Part shown: positions 14,054 to 26,353 of the stretch, one piece after another
Position numbering within the stretch: position 1 is the stretch's first letter
Layout: every line of letters begins with the position of its first letter
Source of the DNA: Takakia lepidozioides
Taxonomy: Eukaryota; Plantae; Bryophyta
Direction of reading: 5' to 3'
Length of the DNA stretch: 64,000 bases
Assembly (NCBI GenBank): GCA_030704615.1
Contig: CM060733.1
Location: forward strand, 33,108,001 to 33,172,000
Position numbers and translations under genes: made by a program
Notes under the pieces: generated by a model
What the model was told of the DNA's origin: nothing
The model's database searches: none
The model's input: the letters and a program-made list of their open reading frames with translations, nothing else

Positions 14054-15119
14054 CCGTGAGCCGTGCTTTCACAAACCTCGGAATACATATCAAACTGATG
14101 GCCTCGCTGAGGCCTATCCAATGGTTCCAGCCATTTCTTATCCTTGGCTAAAACACGCCCTTATCCTCATGCAAGAAGAATGCTATGAATAGTGCACAAG
14201 AAATCAAAGGCATAGGGAGAAAGACCCCCCTTAAAATACCCGATTCGCATGCTCCTACTGGACTTGAAAAGCGGGAGAATAGAGAGATCGCAATCCCGGA
14301 CTGGAACAGTCGCCATGTATTGTTTCAAACAGGTGCATGTTGTCGTTACTAGTACCGAATTGACAGCCTAACTCGCTGTCAATGCAGCTTCATACGGTCA
14401 TTTTGACGCCAGAGCTCATCCATGGTCGTCTCAGACATATCTAAATTCTTACATGCTTTACTAGCGATTCCCAGATAACTCACAAACTGCCCTGCTTTGG
14501 CAGTACAATGCCTAAACTGTCTGCCTTAAGATAAAAAACGATCTGAAAAGAAATATGTACCAATATATGCATCTACAACGGGAGCAGGTTTTTCAATGCC
14601 GGGGTTTTGAAACCTGACATGTATTACATGTTATATTGGCGGGAAATCCCATTCGTTCGCTTCATGTAAAGAATCATGCAAACAACATTCTTTGTCTACA
14701 GATGCCACCATTGAGGGACTCCGTCCTTTCAGTTCATTGCATTTTTTGCTATCTGAGACGTTCTCCTCCTCATTGCATTATGTGTTGTCTGAGACGTAGA
14801 ATGAGCATACGCAACTCCTCGCAACATGTAACTTGCAGTATGATCTGTCATGCATGAATGCGCATGAGAAGGATGAAAGGACACACAACGTATACATGTA
14901 AAAGGGCAGCATGTACAAACTGTCATTGAGATGTCGAACGATGCATCCGTCGGTGACTCCATGAGAGATTCAGGTTGAAGAAGCAGTACCTTGCCTCATG
15001 ATGGGGCTTCAGATTACATGGGGTGCATGTGTGTCATTTGGGTTCTTATGGCAGTGGGCGTCCCTCATAGTGATGCGTACTCTTATCCTTGGTCATTCAT
15101 ACAGTGAACCCCTTATTGC

Positions 15120-15584
15120 ATGGCACTTGAACATGAAGGAGAGGAGGAATTTAATCCTTGGGATTATGTGTATGAAAGGCAATGTGCATTAGACATGGGG
15201 GTTGGAGAGACATGTGTCTTGGAATACGTTGCGCGAACCTTCAAGTGGTATGGTCCACAAACACTTGCACGTCGGGTGAACATGCACAGGCGGTGGGTTG
15301 CTTTTCTTGAGAGGAACCATGCTGCATGGGAATTCATCATAAAACCCCATGCACGCTGCCCTGTATGCATGTATCACTACACAAATCCTAACGGCAGCCA
15401 TCGGGGACCTTACGATACATTGATCCACCATTGTGCAACATATCACAGGTGTTGGAGGGTGGAGCACAAAACTCTGGCGTGTATTATATTTAATATCCTA
15501 ACAGAAGATGACATTCGAGCGGTGTATCCGATTTTACCGTCAATGGACTATGCATATGAGTACAACTGGCTTGTCAATGGGTAG
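15120..15584 (+). CDS. Small protein with a zf-XS-like C2H2 finger, TE-associated
   Basis: RCPVC..YDTLIHHC..HKTLA spacing resembles the SGS3/IDN2 XS zinc finger; start codon uncertain. Confidence 0.35.
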   Translation: MALEHEGEEEFNPWDYVYERQCALDMGVGETCVLEYVARTFKWYGPQTLARRVNMHRRWVAFLERNHAAWEFIIKPHARCPVCMYHYTNPNGSHRGPYDTLIHHCATYHRCWRVEHKTLACIIFNILTEDDIRAVYPILPSMDYAYEYNWLVNG

Positions 15585-16132
15585 TTCTTATATGCATGTT
15601 CACAGGGTGCATACAATGTGAACTTGTGTGAGTGAGAAGGCAATGCAAGAAAACAGTGTTGTGTTGTTTGCTTCAGTTAAGAAGCACATGAAGAAATTTT
15701 CACAATGATGCACATCATTGTAGGCATGTCGGGATAGTGTGTAGAATGAAATTGAACATTGCAATGACAAGACAAAACTTTTCATTTCAGTTTGCTGCGA
15801 CAACTGTACCGAGTTCTGGTCCTAGGCTGCGAAAGGTGGGTAGCAAGGACAGCAGGTTGCACAGGGTCTTTAGGAAGTCTAACATATGGTGGTCATGCGT
15901 ATGGGAGGCCATGTCCTCCTCCACCCTCCAATTCTGCCATAACCAAATTGCGAATGTTCCCTCTCTTTTTCAAAGCAGCCTCAACGGGGAACCATTGCAG
16001 GTTCAGCTGCAAACAAGTTCCCACATTGAGAAACTCCACTGCAAAACTATAGTAGGGGAAGCATGTTGAAAACAATGGCCATGGGCACTTCAGCAAGCAA
16101 AACATCTGTATTATAGTATTGGAAGAGTGTGC

Positions 16133-16868
16133 TTACCGGGCCTGCGCCACCTGGTTTTGGGTCGACAAATGTTTCTCCAAGTACATATCAATGTAATGAG
16201 CAGTAAACACGCCACACTCCCAGTTGGAGGCTTGCTGGGCACAGGGGGGGTCACCCACCGCTTTGGGTGTGTGGCCTTTGTCCACTTTGGGTTTGGAGGG
16301 TATAATCCTTGCCGCCCACACTCTTGCAAACAAAGGCTTCAGCATCTTGTGTTTATGCAGGCTTTTAATGCTATTGAAGTGAAGGTATCGCTCGTGTTCC
16401 AAAATAAGAACACTCCAGTGGTTGCTACACAAAACATTCACACCTTCAGCTTAGTCTTCATCAGGATGTGCATGAAATAGAACCCATATGCACGAAAGTG
16501 ATAGGAACAGAGGCAGGTTAAATGGAGAAAATTCACTTAAATGTAACAGGGACAACGAGCACTTCGACACCAATACAGTCAAGGGTAGGGAACCTTATGT
16601 CCACCCAAGCCTGTATGGTGCTGACTCCGCTTCCAAATTTCTTGCAATGGGTGCGAAGACACATCCAGGCAAAGATGTCGAGCACACAAATTTTACTGTA
16701 CACATTATGTGGAAGGGACAATTTTTTGCAACACACCCAAAAGTCCATCACACGGTCACTTGTATAACCCCTTTCATCCACCAGATCATCTGCATCTTCT
16801 AGTCTAAGAGGGATTTGAGGGGACAACAAATCTTGGAAGAACCAGACGTCCGTAGTCTTGTTCACCAC
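16133..16868 (-). pseudogene. Ulp1/C48 SUMO-protease-like gene, TE-associated
   Basis: VLVVPVTF, SNHWSVLIL, HFNS and QQASNWECGVF motifs in two ORFs, probably separated by an intron at ~16460-16545. Confidence 0.75.
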
Positions 16869-18169
16869 TGCACCACAACAAATCCTGAACAGACCCCACA
16901 GAGCATGTCAAGTGGTTGCATGGACAATGTAAGCATACACTGCTGTTTCAAACATGATTGAAGGTAAACCATAAGATTTATGATAAAGAAGGGTGCACGG
17001 GCATTGAACTCACATCACGTTTTCCATCGCCTCATGAATTCTGCGCATCCACGAACACAGTGCATTATGACAACAGCACAATCTGCATGACAGTTTCATT
17101 GTATGGGCCAAAGAAACATGTGCATGTGCAACGAATGCAAATGCATACCTGGACAATGATTTTTTCCAACGGGCTGCAACTACTTGATTATCGGTGGATG
17201 GAAGTTGACATAGCGGAGGATTGTCTGCACTGGTTGGTGGGAGTGGCATGGGTGCCAATGGGATTGGCAAATGTAACAGAGCGAGAGCGTTTAGGTCCTT
17301 TGTGCACACTCCCATGCATATCACCATCAAATCGTGCCGTGGCATATGTGCTGTTCGGAGTATTCAGACCATCAAAATCATCTTGAAATGACAAAGGGGG
17401 GAGGGCAAGGCCATAATGTGCCAATGATGCGTATCATACGGTTCAAGTAGTTCACCATGAGGGGTTCTGGACGACCCGAGATTGGTTACTGCAGGCACAA
17501 TTACACCCTCGTCAGTGGGATCTCGAATAGAAATGGGGGGAGGACTCACAAAGTCATCAGTATTGCCCTCTGAGGGCATGCCTGCAGTCCTGGGACAGAG
17601 AGGACCTGTTTCCACCGCTTGCTGCACATCATGTTCTTCATTTTCTGACTGAGGCATGGATTTGGTGGCAAGCTCAGCATCATTGCACAGTGTTGCGATA
17701 TTTGCATTCGTGGGGATGTCTACAAGGTGTGTGGTTGTTGCTGTGATGGGTGGTGTATGCGGTCGGTGGATGACAGCCCACTTGCCAACATCGCCTGCTT
17801 ACCACCCGCTTTTGCAAAACGTGCTTCAGCCAACCCCTACCTGGCCGTGATGAGAGCATCTGCACTGTGTTCCAAATTTTTCCCACCGAGAATTCACCAT
17901 AGTCGAAGCTGCCTGCACACATCCAAAGCATATGCGCATGAGCCCGGGTTTGGGGGTGCTATTCCGTGAGCCCAGCACAGGCTCACGCCACGTCAACATG
18001 CATACAGGGCCTATTTCCGCGGGTGTCACCTATTACCGCGAGTTGATCAGCCATTTTCAGGGAATGCAGACTGGATGTGTTACATCCATTGTATCCATCC
18101 TTTCTATCCATTGCATCTATTTAGACGTTATTAACATACCAAGCCCTTGCATTGGAATGTGGCTACGTC

Positions 18170-18380
18170 GTGAGCAGGTGCACACTCACATCATCCAAAG
18201 CGGATCCCTGCGAAATATTTTCTTACTTACCACCCTTGCCAACATGTATGGTATGTGCGGGAGCATCATGGATGCTCAGCAGAAGAATGTCTTAACGATC
18301 TTTGATCACGTGGACTTTAACGTGGTAGATTTACCAAGCATTCTTCTGGCTGGAATGGTTTGGAGACCAATGAGCAAATG
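18170..18380 (+). pseudogene. Isolated PPR fragment
   Basis: EQVHTHIIQSG..LANMYGMCGSIMDAQ. Confidence 0.65.
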
Positions 18381-18629
18381 ATGCGAGAATGCACTGCCCA
18401 AACCAAAGACGTTTGTTTGTTTTTGCAATGCACACAAGACTGTGAGCTCCGGAAAACACACTAAAGAGATTGAAGGAACAATATGGGCAGTCTATGCAAC
18501 CCCCATCTCCAACGATAGTTTGTTCCCAGGAATTTGCATCCCACGCACACATTGCAAACATGACAACAATGACACACCACCATCCCATCTCAAAATTGGC
18601 CCCGAATAAAAGTAAAAGAAAACTTGATA

Positions 18630-19361
18630 TCAAGTGTCAAAGTCATCAGAATCAGAATCGACCTCCTGTGCTATGTCATCCACAAAGATTCCGGCCCCAA
18701 CACCACGTCTTCTACCACGACCGTCGATGGTTGGACTGCGAGTGCCATGAACGGACATGCTTGCTGTGAGTGCCTCCACATAGACGGGTAGCATGTAAGA
18801 CCGAGGAGGACTTGAAAGAAGTCCAAGAAGTTGTGATAGCCCTGGAGGGTCAGTGGAAGCACACGGACTCCTGCACAAGTCGAAAAAAACCCATTTTGAA
18901 TACAATGATGCAATGCACAAGTCCAACGAAGAGGATGTCTCTCATGTTTACCTTGCCTTAAGAACAGTGATTCTAGTGAAACAAGAATGCAAACATCCAC
19001 AGGTTGAACTTACTCACAGGCAAAGTCAGAGTCCAGCTCCTTGTCGGACGTCTCCCCTGTATCAATATCACCGAGAAGCGGCTTTGGAAGGACTTGAGAG
19101 GTTTGTCCACCCAAACCCACCAGGAGGTTATTGTAAATTCCTTTCAATCCCGAAGAGATGTCGCACACTGGCCTTGCAAGCGTGGTACGAAGCACCTGCA
19201 ATGGAATAGAAGGAAGGAAATAGATATTAAAGACTCATTTGGAACGGTGAGAAGCGCTGAAAGTGCAAGCTCAAACAAACCCGATCAAATGTGAATGTTG
19301 AAGAGACGAACATGTGCCCATTGACAAATCCAGAACTCTGGCGTCAGTGTAGGTGCAGCAC
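18630..19361 (-). pseudogene. 3' half of the host element's beta-class amino-methyltransferase gene, split by the MULE insertion
   Basis: ..TYTDARVLDLSMGT | intron 19311-19196 | ASYHACKASVRHLFGIE, then LLSSPPRSYMLPVY..FVDDIAQE; colinear with the inner gene's C-terminus and shares its intron position. Confidence 0.85.
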
Positions 19362-19430
19362 GAGGTTTACTATTTCATGAGCAGAAACCATGAGCCATGA
19401 GCCATGAGCCGCATGAGCCGCATGAGCCGA
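19362..19430 (+). repeat. Left TIR with (CATGAGC)n subterminal repeats
   Basis: CTATTTCATGAGC followed by tandem CATGAGC heptamers. Confidence 0.9.
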
Positions 19431-20197
19431 AGTCTAAGATACGCGGATTTCATGAGCGGACTCCTCCAAATTTGGAAATGCGGCAGATTAACAAGTATTA
19501 AAATAATAGTTTTTATTTGACCTTGCCGTTTTTGGACGTTCCAGATCATGTAATGCGGCGAAGATATGTCGTCAGTAACAAGTCCGCTCATGGTTTTTTA
19601 GATCCGCTCATGGAAATAATGACCGTGCAACGGGAAATCCAGTATACCACTGCAAAAGACGTCGCATACTGGCCTGTATAGAGTATTCCGCGGTTTTACA
19701 TGCCTTAACATTGGAATGAAGCTGACCCTTTTGCCGCGATTGAACCAATGGAGTCTGCACCAATACAGTCTGCAGTACTTCACAATTCTGTCTTTCTTGG
19801 GTATTCGGCGGGAAAGGTTTGCAACTGAACTGGGAAATAGGGTGCCGCATTAGGGTTCGCACGTGCGAAATTTCGGAGCGGTTTGGTGTTGGCGAAGGCC
19901 GCCTCTGGGGTACCTACGACGATACTTGGAAATGCGGCCCGCATTTCCTTGTCGGAGGTCGAATGAGGAAAGCAAGTTTTCGGAAAGCAGAAAAACAGAA
20001 CCCTCCAACATAACAAAATACATGCACGTGGAAACAAGTGAACGATATAGTATAGTTATTTTCGAGCAAAACAGGTTACTGGTAGGCAAGACATATGTCG
20101 GACCTTTCTGTGGCCAGAGTCTGAGGTACTGGCAGCAGTACAGTTCTACTATCCGAAAAGGATGGGCGTACCATTGTATGTGGACCGCAAGCCAAGC

Positions 20198-23100
20198 TCA
20201 CTGGTCCCCTGGATCCATATTCAGAAGAGTGTGAACCTCCTGGGGGCTCAACCCTGGTGCATGTATGAAGTGATGAGTTGTGGAATTACAACGGAGTCTC
20301 TTTAGGTACACGTAGTACAAATGCTTGCAAGGGCAGTATGATGCCCCCTTGTTCGCCATGATCTGGAAGTCGGTGCAATTGCAGTGGGTGGGTAATTCTG
20401 AAATGGTGATGGTGTACACCTCATTGCGAACAGCTGAGCCCGCCGTGGCCATCTGATACACACGCCCGAATCCTGGTGGGGCACTTCTGTCGAGCTCTGG
20501 ATTGTACAGTTCATCCGAAGTGCATTCCCCATCCTTGTCTCGTTCACTTTTGAGGGAGGTCGCCGCCTCTTCGGTTTCCCCCAACGGTGTGTAGGATGCT
20601 TAGAGCTGTCGTGTCCCATTGTTCTTGCTCTCACAGGGTCGGTGGTGGAGGCTGTGGAAGCGGAAATGGTTGTCTGGGGACGTCAGTGCGCTGCACCATC
20701 CGAAATCCTGCGGCGGTAAGGGCGTCGGCCTCAACCTGACTCAGATCGCAGCCTGGTTCCACCGGCCACACCGGGGAGCCTCTGGCATTGTTTGTATGCC
20801 GTACTTGGGCTTTCCATACACGCAAGTCATAATGTCGTGCCTGCAGAACCAGAACTGGGTGGTTGTCGCCTCCGCAAACTTTGCATGGACAAATCTTCCT
20901 GTAAAAGTAGGAGCAGGGACAGCCCCATCTGGATTCCTCCTTATCATCTCTAAACAACGTTGCCGTGTATCCACACGAATTGCGGAACACCTTCCTCGAA
21001 ACGACGGCTTTGTGCGAGCAATTCTCCACTGTGATGCAGACACAGTCGTCTCCACAATGGCTTGGCCATACTGCATAACAGCGGGCGGAATGTGGGGCAA
21101 GGGAGCGGTGGGAATTTGTTGCACGAAATCCCGGTTGAAGGCGACGGCGATCTGGAATTTCTTGGGCTTCCACTGCTGGAAGACACATTGTGCGGCAACA
21201 TGACGGGACCTCGAGGTGCTGTCCGAATGTTCCTGTCGGATCTCCAGGAATCCTCTTCGCACCCGGTTCCTCTTCAATCCTCCGCCTGACAGGGCGAGTC
21301 CGGACGTCCCCTCTAGGTGTTCACCTCTGCGGTGCAGAGGCGTCCCTTTGATCTTCTCTCGCAATGCTGTCGCCCATTTCACTGGATTCTTGGACCTCGA
21401 AGCTGTTCGTACCAACAATTCCTCCCTGTCCGGCCCAAAGCCCCATTGTTTGCCGCTCAGGAACTTGTAGTACGTGGCTTGCTGCATGATTGCTCTGTCG
21501 ATGTCCTCCGTTGTGGCCGTCACTACGTCCACCAGATGTGCGGCAGAAGACGCTCGCCAGGAGGAGTGGACCGATTCTGCCATATTCGTGTTCGGCATGT
21601 CCGTGTCGGAATCCAAGCACCGCTCCTAGAAGGACACAAACAATGGTGAGGGACCAATCGAAATGTCCGTAACAGAAAGACAAATGAACGAAATTGACAG
21701 CAGCCTACCTCCCGCATGTACTGTCCGAACTGTCGATACCGAAAATGCCACCACCCCAACCAGCTGTGCAATGCTCCCAGATTGGTTGTCTCCACTGCAC
21801 CTGACGTGTTCCACCAAGCCTCGATGATAGCAAACTTAACCTCCGCGTCATCAAATGTGGGTGCATCCTTCCACGCCGTACAAAGGACACGTGTTCAGCC
21901 TGGAATGAGCTAGCAACAAATTTGGTAGTGTAGTGGGATAGACTCTGCATCCAATGGAATCCACAGGATCTCTCTTTCCCCTCCATTGGAACATTGGGGT
22001 CCTCACCGTACACACGCCGCACCCTGCCAGTTGGCCTGAGCGTTGTCCCATGAATCCCCTGAAATTGGGCTCTGGCAATCCCGCCCTTGCCATCTGCTCG
22101 TTTATGCCCTCCCACAGATGCATCTCGGACTGTGTGTCCTCCCCTTTCATCTCGCAGATTGCAATCGTCATGAGCCTCTTGGAGTGATAGTCATAAACAT
22201 GCGCACCCATAGTCACCCACTGATGGTTTGTAATTCGCTTGATGTGATCAAACATCACCCAAGCATTCGACAAGTTTCCAGTTGTCATGCGAGTGACCAA
22301 GTCGACTCCACTCCCAGGCCCACACGTCGACATTTTGAAAATGTAACAACGATCGGATTCGCTGCCTTGCCCTGGAAACCTGCTACCTTGGATGTAGTCA
22401 TATCCAGTCATTCGTTTCACCTCCAGATTGAGTACATGTCCGACCCCCTGCCGAACTCCTGCTTGCAAGATACGATGTGATTCCGCACATTCGGACTACA
22501 ACGTGCGAGACGGACTCCAAGAGGTCACGCATCTCGTCTTCGGTCAAGGGCTCTCGGTCGGAACCATCTTCAGACATGATTTTGCCAAGAGCAATCTTGT
22601 GGGCTGCCTTCAGCTGAATCTGCTTTGGTCTGGCTCCGGGGCTCAATTTCACCTCCTCTTTTATGATGTCGTGTGCTTCCTGCACAGCCTCACGCATGTT
22701 GCCTCTCGCCAAGGGGTGGCAGTGGACCCCAACGTGTATGCAAGCTCTAGTCAAGTCCGCGGAGCAAATGGATAACGTAGTATTGCTTGGCTCTGCACAT
22801 GGACATGCACGTCGGTGGTTCTTTGCAATGTGCACACTTGAAAGAACCCGCAGGAGCTTGGCTGGAGACAATGAATGGATGATGCGTTGTGCCAGTCCAA
22901 TCCGTCTCGTTTCTCCGCCCTCCTTTGGAGAGAAAGTGGAAGCAGGTGGGATTGAGGCACCTCAGCTTCCCCGCACAGAGGACATATCGTACACGAACAC
23001 CATCAGCAATTTTCGTGCTACTGGTCTTCGTCACACACCAGGGGTGTCCGTCATGCTTTCGATCCATGTCTGTTAACATCCCGGAGGCTTTCTTTGACGA

Positions 23101-23386
23101 AGAAACAGGTGGAAACTCGAAGATGACATTGCCATCGACTTCGGGAGGCAGAAAAGTTACCTTTCTGACTGGGAATTTGGCATAGTCGAGAGCAGCCAGC
23201 TCGGAGCGAGAACCATCGAGGTGATGTGTGTCGTAGGAGCTGCACAATGGACCGGGTTGGAGTTATGCTCGAGGGCACATGCGTAGCACCTACAGAGACG
23301 TCCATGCCGGATTTGAACGACCGTGTGGAGGACATGGGTACCTCAATGCAATCATCTTCCTCGTCGGAAATGTCGAATACGTCCAC
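20198..23386 (-). pseudogene. MULE-type DDE transposase with N-terminal GCM/WRKY-like Zn domain and C-terminal SWIM finger; frameshifted in this assembly
   Basis: CAGKLRCLNPTC..CAHC..C..HVGVHCHP; WVMFD; FRGFM(x)DNAQANW; C-x-FHW; TNMAESVHS; SWIM CNCTDF..CKHLYYV; intron at ~21640-21705; several 1-2 bp frameshifts. Confidence 0.85.
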
Positions 23387-23447
23387 ACGAGAAGCTATGG
23401 AGGGTCTTGACGGTCCAGGTCGGGAATGATTATCGTTGCATACCTCT

Positions 23448-24130
23448 CTATTGGCAGTGGCCGCCTCTCGGTTTCCGGACTCCTTTGTGGATGGTGTGGG
23501 CAGCGACTGATTCGGAAGGGAATGGGCATGCTCGGTACAGGATGGTGTCTGACGGGGGAACGTGCCATTCGATTCCGCAACCTCCGTCGTTACCTAGCAC
23601 GACAATGGTCTCGTCAACCTGTCCAGGAACATCCTTCCTTTCTTCTTCCAAATAAACTGTGCCCGGTTTGAGCTTGAATTTGGAACAAAGGTAAGTTTCA
23701 GTCATTCTGCAAAGTCCTCCCTCGTTTGGGATCCAGGCTCTCCCAAGTGCGGAGGACAGCAAACTATAGCGTAGGAATTCGGAGCCATCGAACACCGCAC
23801 GGAGTTGGCAAGTGCGAGGTTCAGTATAGCGACAGACCAAGGCTCACAGGCACCATCTAAGTGGATCTGCGGAGTCCATCGACGATTGGAAGTCGCACAT
23901 TGAAGTGGAAAGTATTGTTTCAAGCTACATGCATGAAGGTGGGAGGTTTGATTCCATAGCCAGTGAGTATGACAATGATGGCCGATTCGGCGACGAAATA
24001 ACATCTCCTGACAGTTTCTCCTGAGGGTGGATCCAGCAGTATTCTCGGTGCAGACAGGAACGTTCCCACTGGCAAGTGCCAGGACTGCTGGTTAAAACGG
24101 TCAGACAACCAAGTTGTGCTCATCAAGACT
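23448..24130 (-). other. Possible extra ORF(s) or 5' exons upstream of the transposase
   Basis: Overlapping 100-130 aa frames with no recognisable motif. Confidence 0.25.
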
Positions 24131-24214
24131 GGCCGCAATTGTGTTGTTTCGGAACAATGCAACCCATTCAGGTTCCAGATTTCCCGTCCCGAGTGATTCT
24201 TTCGATTGCTGTGG

Positions 24215-25925
24215 ACGGAAATACGGCGCCGCATTTCCGTATTGCATCTTTGTCATGCACCAGAGCGACGGAAATGCGGCACCGAGTTTCCGTCCGGGGG
24301 AAACCTTTATACTCTCCAGAACGGAAATCGGTAACGCATTTCCATCCAACAAGCACGGTATGTGAAGGTCGAACGAAATGCGGTACCGCATTTCCGTTCT
24401 GATTGAGAATTATGAACAACGGGAACAGAAATGCGGCACCGCATTTCCGTCCGAGTCGCACTTTTTCGACATTTCAGAACGGAAATGCGGCGCCGCATTT
24501 CCATTTTGTATCTGATGCATGCAGCTCAGGGATAGAAATGCTGCAGCACATTTCGTCCTTAAAAGACATTCATACTCTCCAAACGGAAATGCGGTACCGC
24601 ATTTTCATTCAAAAAGCACGGTATGTGAAGGTGGAACGGAAATGCGGTACCGCATTTCCGTTCGACCTTGAGATTTATGAACAACGGGAACAGAAATGCG
24701 GCACCGCATTTCCGTCCGAGTCACACTTTCCGACATTCCAGAACGGAAATGCGGCGCCGCATTTCCATTTTGTATCTGATGCATGGAGCCGAGTGCGATT
24801 CCGACCGCTTCATACAGCGCAATTCCGACCGCTTGAGACATTCATACTGTCCAGAACGGAAATGCGGCACCGCATTTCCGTTCTGACTGAAAATCGTGAA
24901 CCATCTGAACTGAAATGCGGCACCGTATTTCCATCCGAGTCGCACCTACCACATTCCAGAACGGAAATGCGGTACCGCATTTCCGTTCTGACTGAAAATC
25001 GTGAACCATCGGAACTGAAATGCGGCAGCGCATTTCCATCCGAGTCGCACCTCCCAACATTCCAGAACGGAATGTATTAGATTCAAAGGGAAATGCGGCA
25101 CCGCATTTCCGTTCTGATGAAATATCCTGAAACATCGGAACTGAAATGCGGTACCGCATTTCCGTCGGAGTCGCACCTTCCGACATTCCAAAACGGAAAA
25201 TGCGGCGCCGCATTTCCGTTTTGTATGTGAGGCATGGAGCTGTGGAACGAAAATGCGGCACAGCATTTCCGCCAGCGTCAGACGTTAATACTCTACAGAA
25301 CGGAAATGCGGTACCGCATTTCCATTCTGACTGAAAATCGTGCGCAACGGGAACAGAAATGTGGCACCGCATTTCCGTTCGAGTCGCACCTTCCGACATT
25401 CTAGAACGGAAATGCGGCGCCGCATTTCCGTTTTGTATATTGGGCCTGGAGCTGTGCTACGGAAATGTGTTGCCGCATTTCCATCCATGTGAGACCTTCA
25501 AACTTTCCAGACCGGAAATGCGGCACCGCATTTCTGTCCAGGTGAGACCTCTATACTTTCCCGAACGGAAATGTGGCACGGCATTTCCATTCATCAACTA
25601 ACGTATGTGAAGTGGGAACGGAAATGCGGTACCGCATTTCCGTTCACATTGAAAATCATGAACCACGGGAACTGAAATGTTGTGCCTCATTCCCGTCCCA
25701 ATCGCACCTTTCGACATTCCAGAACGGAAATGCGGCGCCGCATTTCCCTTTTGAATCTCATACATGGAGCTGTGGGACGGAAATGCGGCACCGTATTTCC
25801 GTTCAACAACTAAGGTATGTGAAGGTGGAACGGAAATGCGGTGCCGCATTTTCTTCCAACAAGTACGGATGTGTAGCTGAGTGATGGTACTTAACGGAAA
25901 TGCGGCGCCGCATTCGCATTTTCGC
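24215..25925. repeat. Phased array of ~31 palindromes GGAAATGCGG-NN-CCGCATTTCC, ~53-bp period
   Basis: Counted by eye (24217, 24269, 24321, 24374, 24427, 24480, ...); perfect 34-bp palindrome at 24957-24990; spacers fall into ~5 recurring types. Confidence 0.95.
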
Positions 25926-26353
25926 TCCAACTGATCAGACGCTGCGACGGAAATACCTTGAAATGTGAACACGTGGAGCAACAGAATTGCTGCACATTTC
26001 GGCACTCTATCTGACTGAAGGGGCATGAGGCGGCGCGGCCTGACCGTTGAATAATGATGTTTGTTTTTCGGACGGCAGGCGTACCCTCAACGATTTGAAT
26101 TTCGTAATGACGCAAACTCCACGAGGAGACACTTTCGTCCAACCCTTTCGAACCCAAGTGGTGCATCACCGCCGTTTCATCTACTTTTGTCGTGTCTCCT
26201 CAGTCACCTCTCTCGCGCCCTTTCCATCTGCACTCTTTGCCCCTTTTCCCTCTCTCTGTTCTTCTTATGCTCGAACCTGAGAGGGGGGGAGTTCGTGCAC
26301 CAGACAGGAGACCTCGTCGCAAGCTCCGGAAATTATACTTCGGACGCAGGCCA

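Noticed and set aside
17900-17975. HUH-like E*HPQTRAHAHML on the minus strand (Rep/Helitron-like)
   Set aside because: Short, contains a stop, and has no convincing downstream catalytic Tyr motif
24215-25925. CRISPR-like array (palindromic repeat plus ~30-bp spacers)
   Set aside because: Spacers recur as ~5 related types, there are no cas genes, the context is a eukaryotic TE, and the motif also occurs singly in introns
24076-26026. ORFs with EMRRRIS/GNAAPHF/KCGTAF repeats (also 31.6-32.3 kb and 35-36.1 kb)
   Set aside because: Translation artefacts of palindromic arrays, open on both strands
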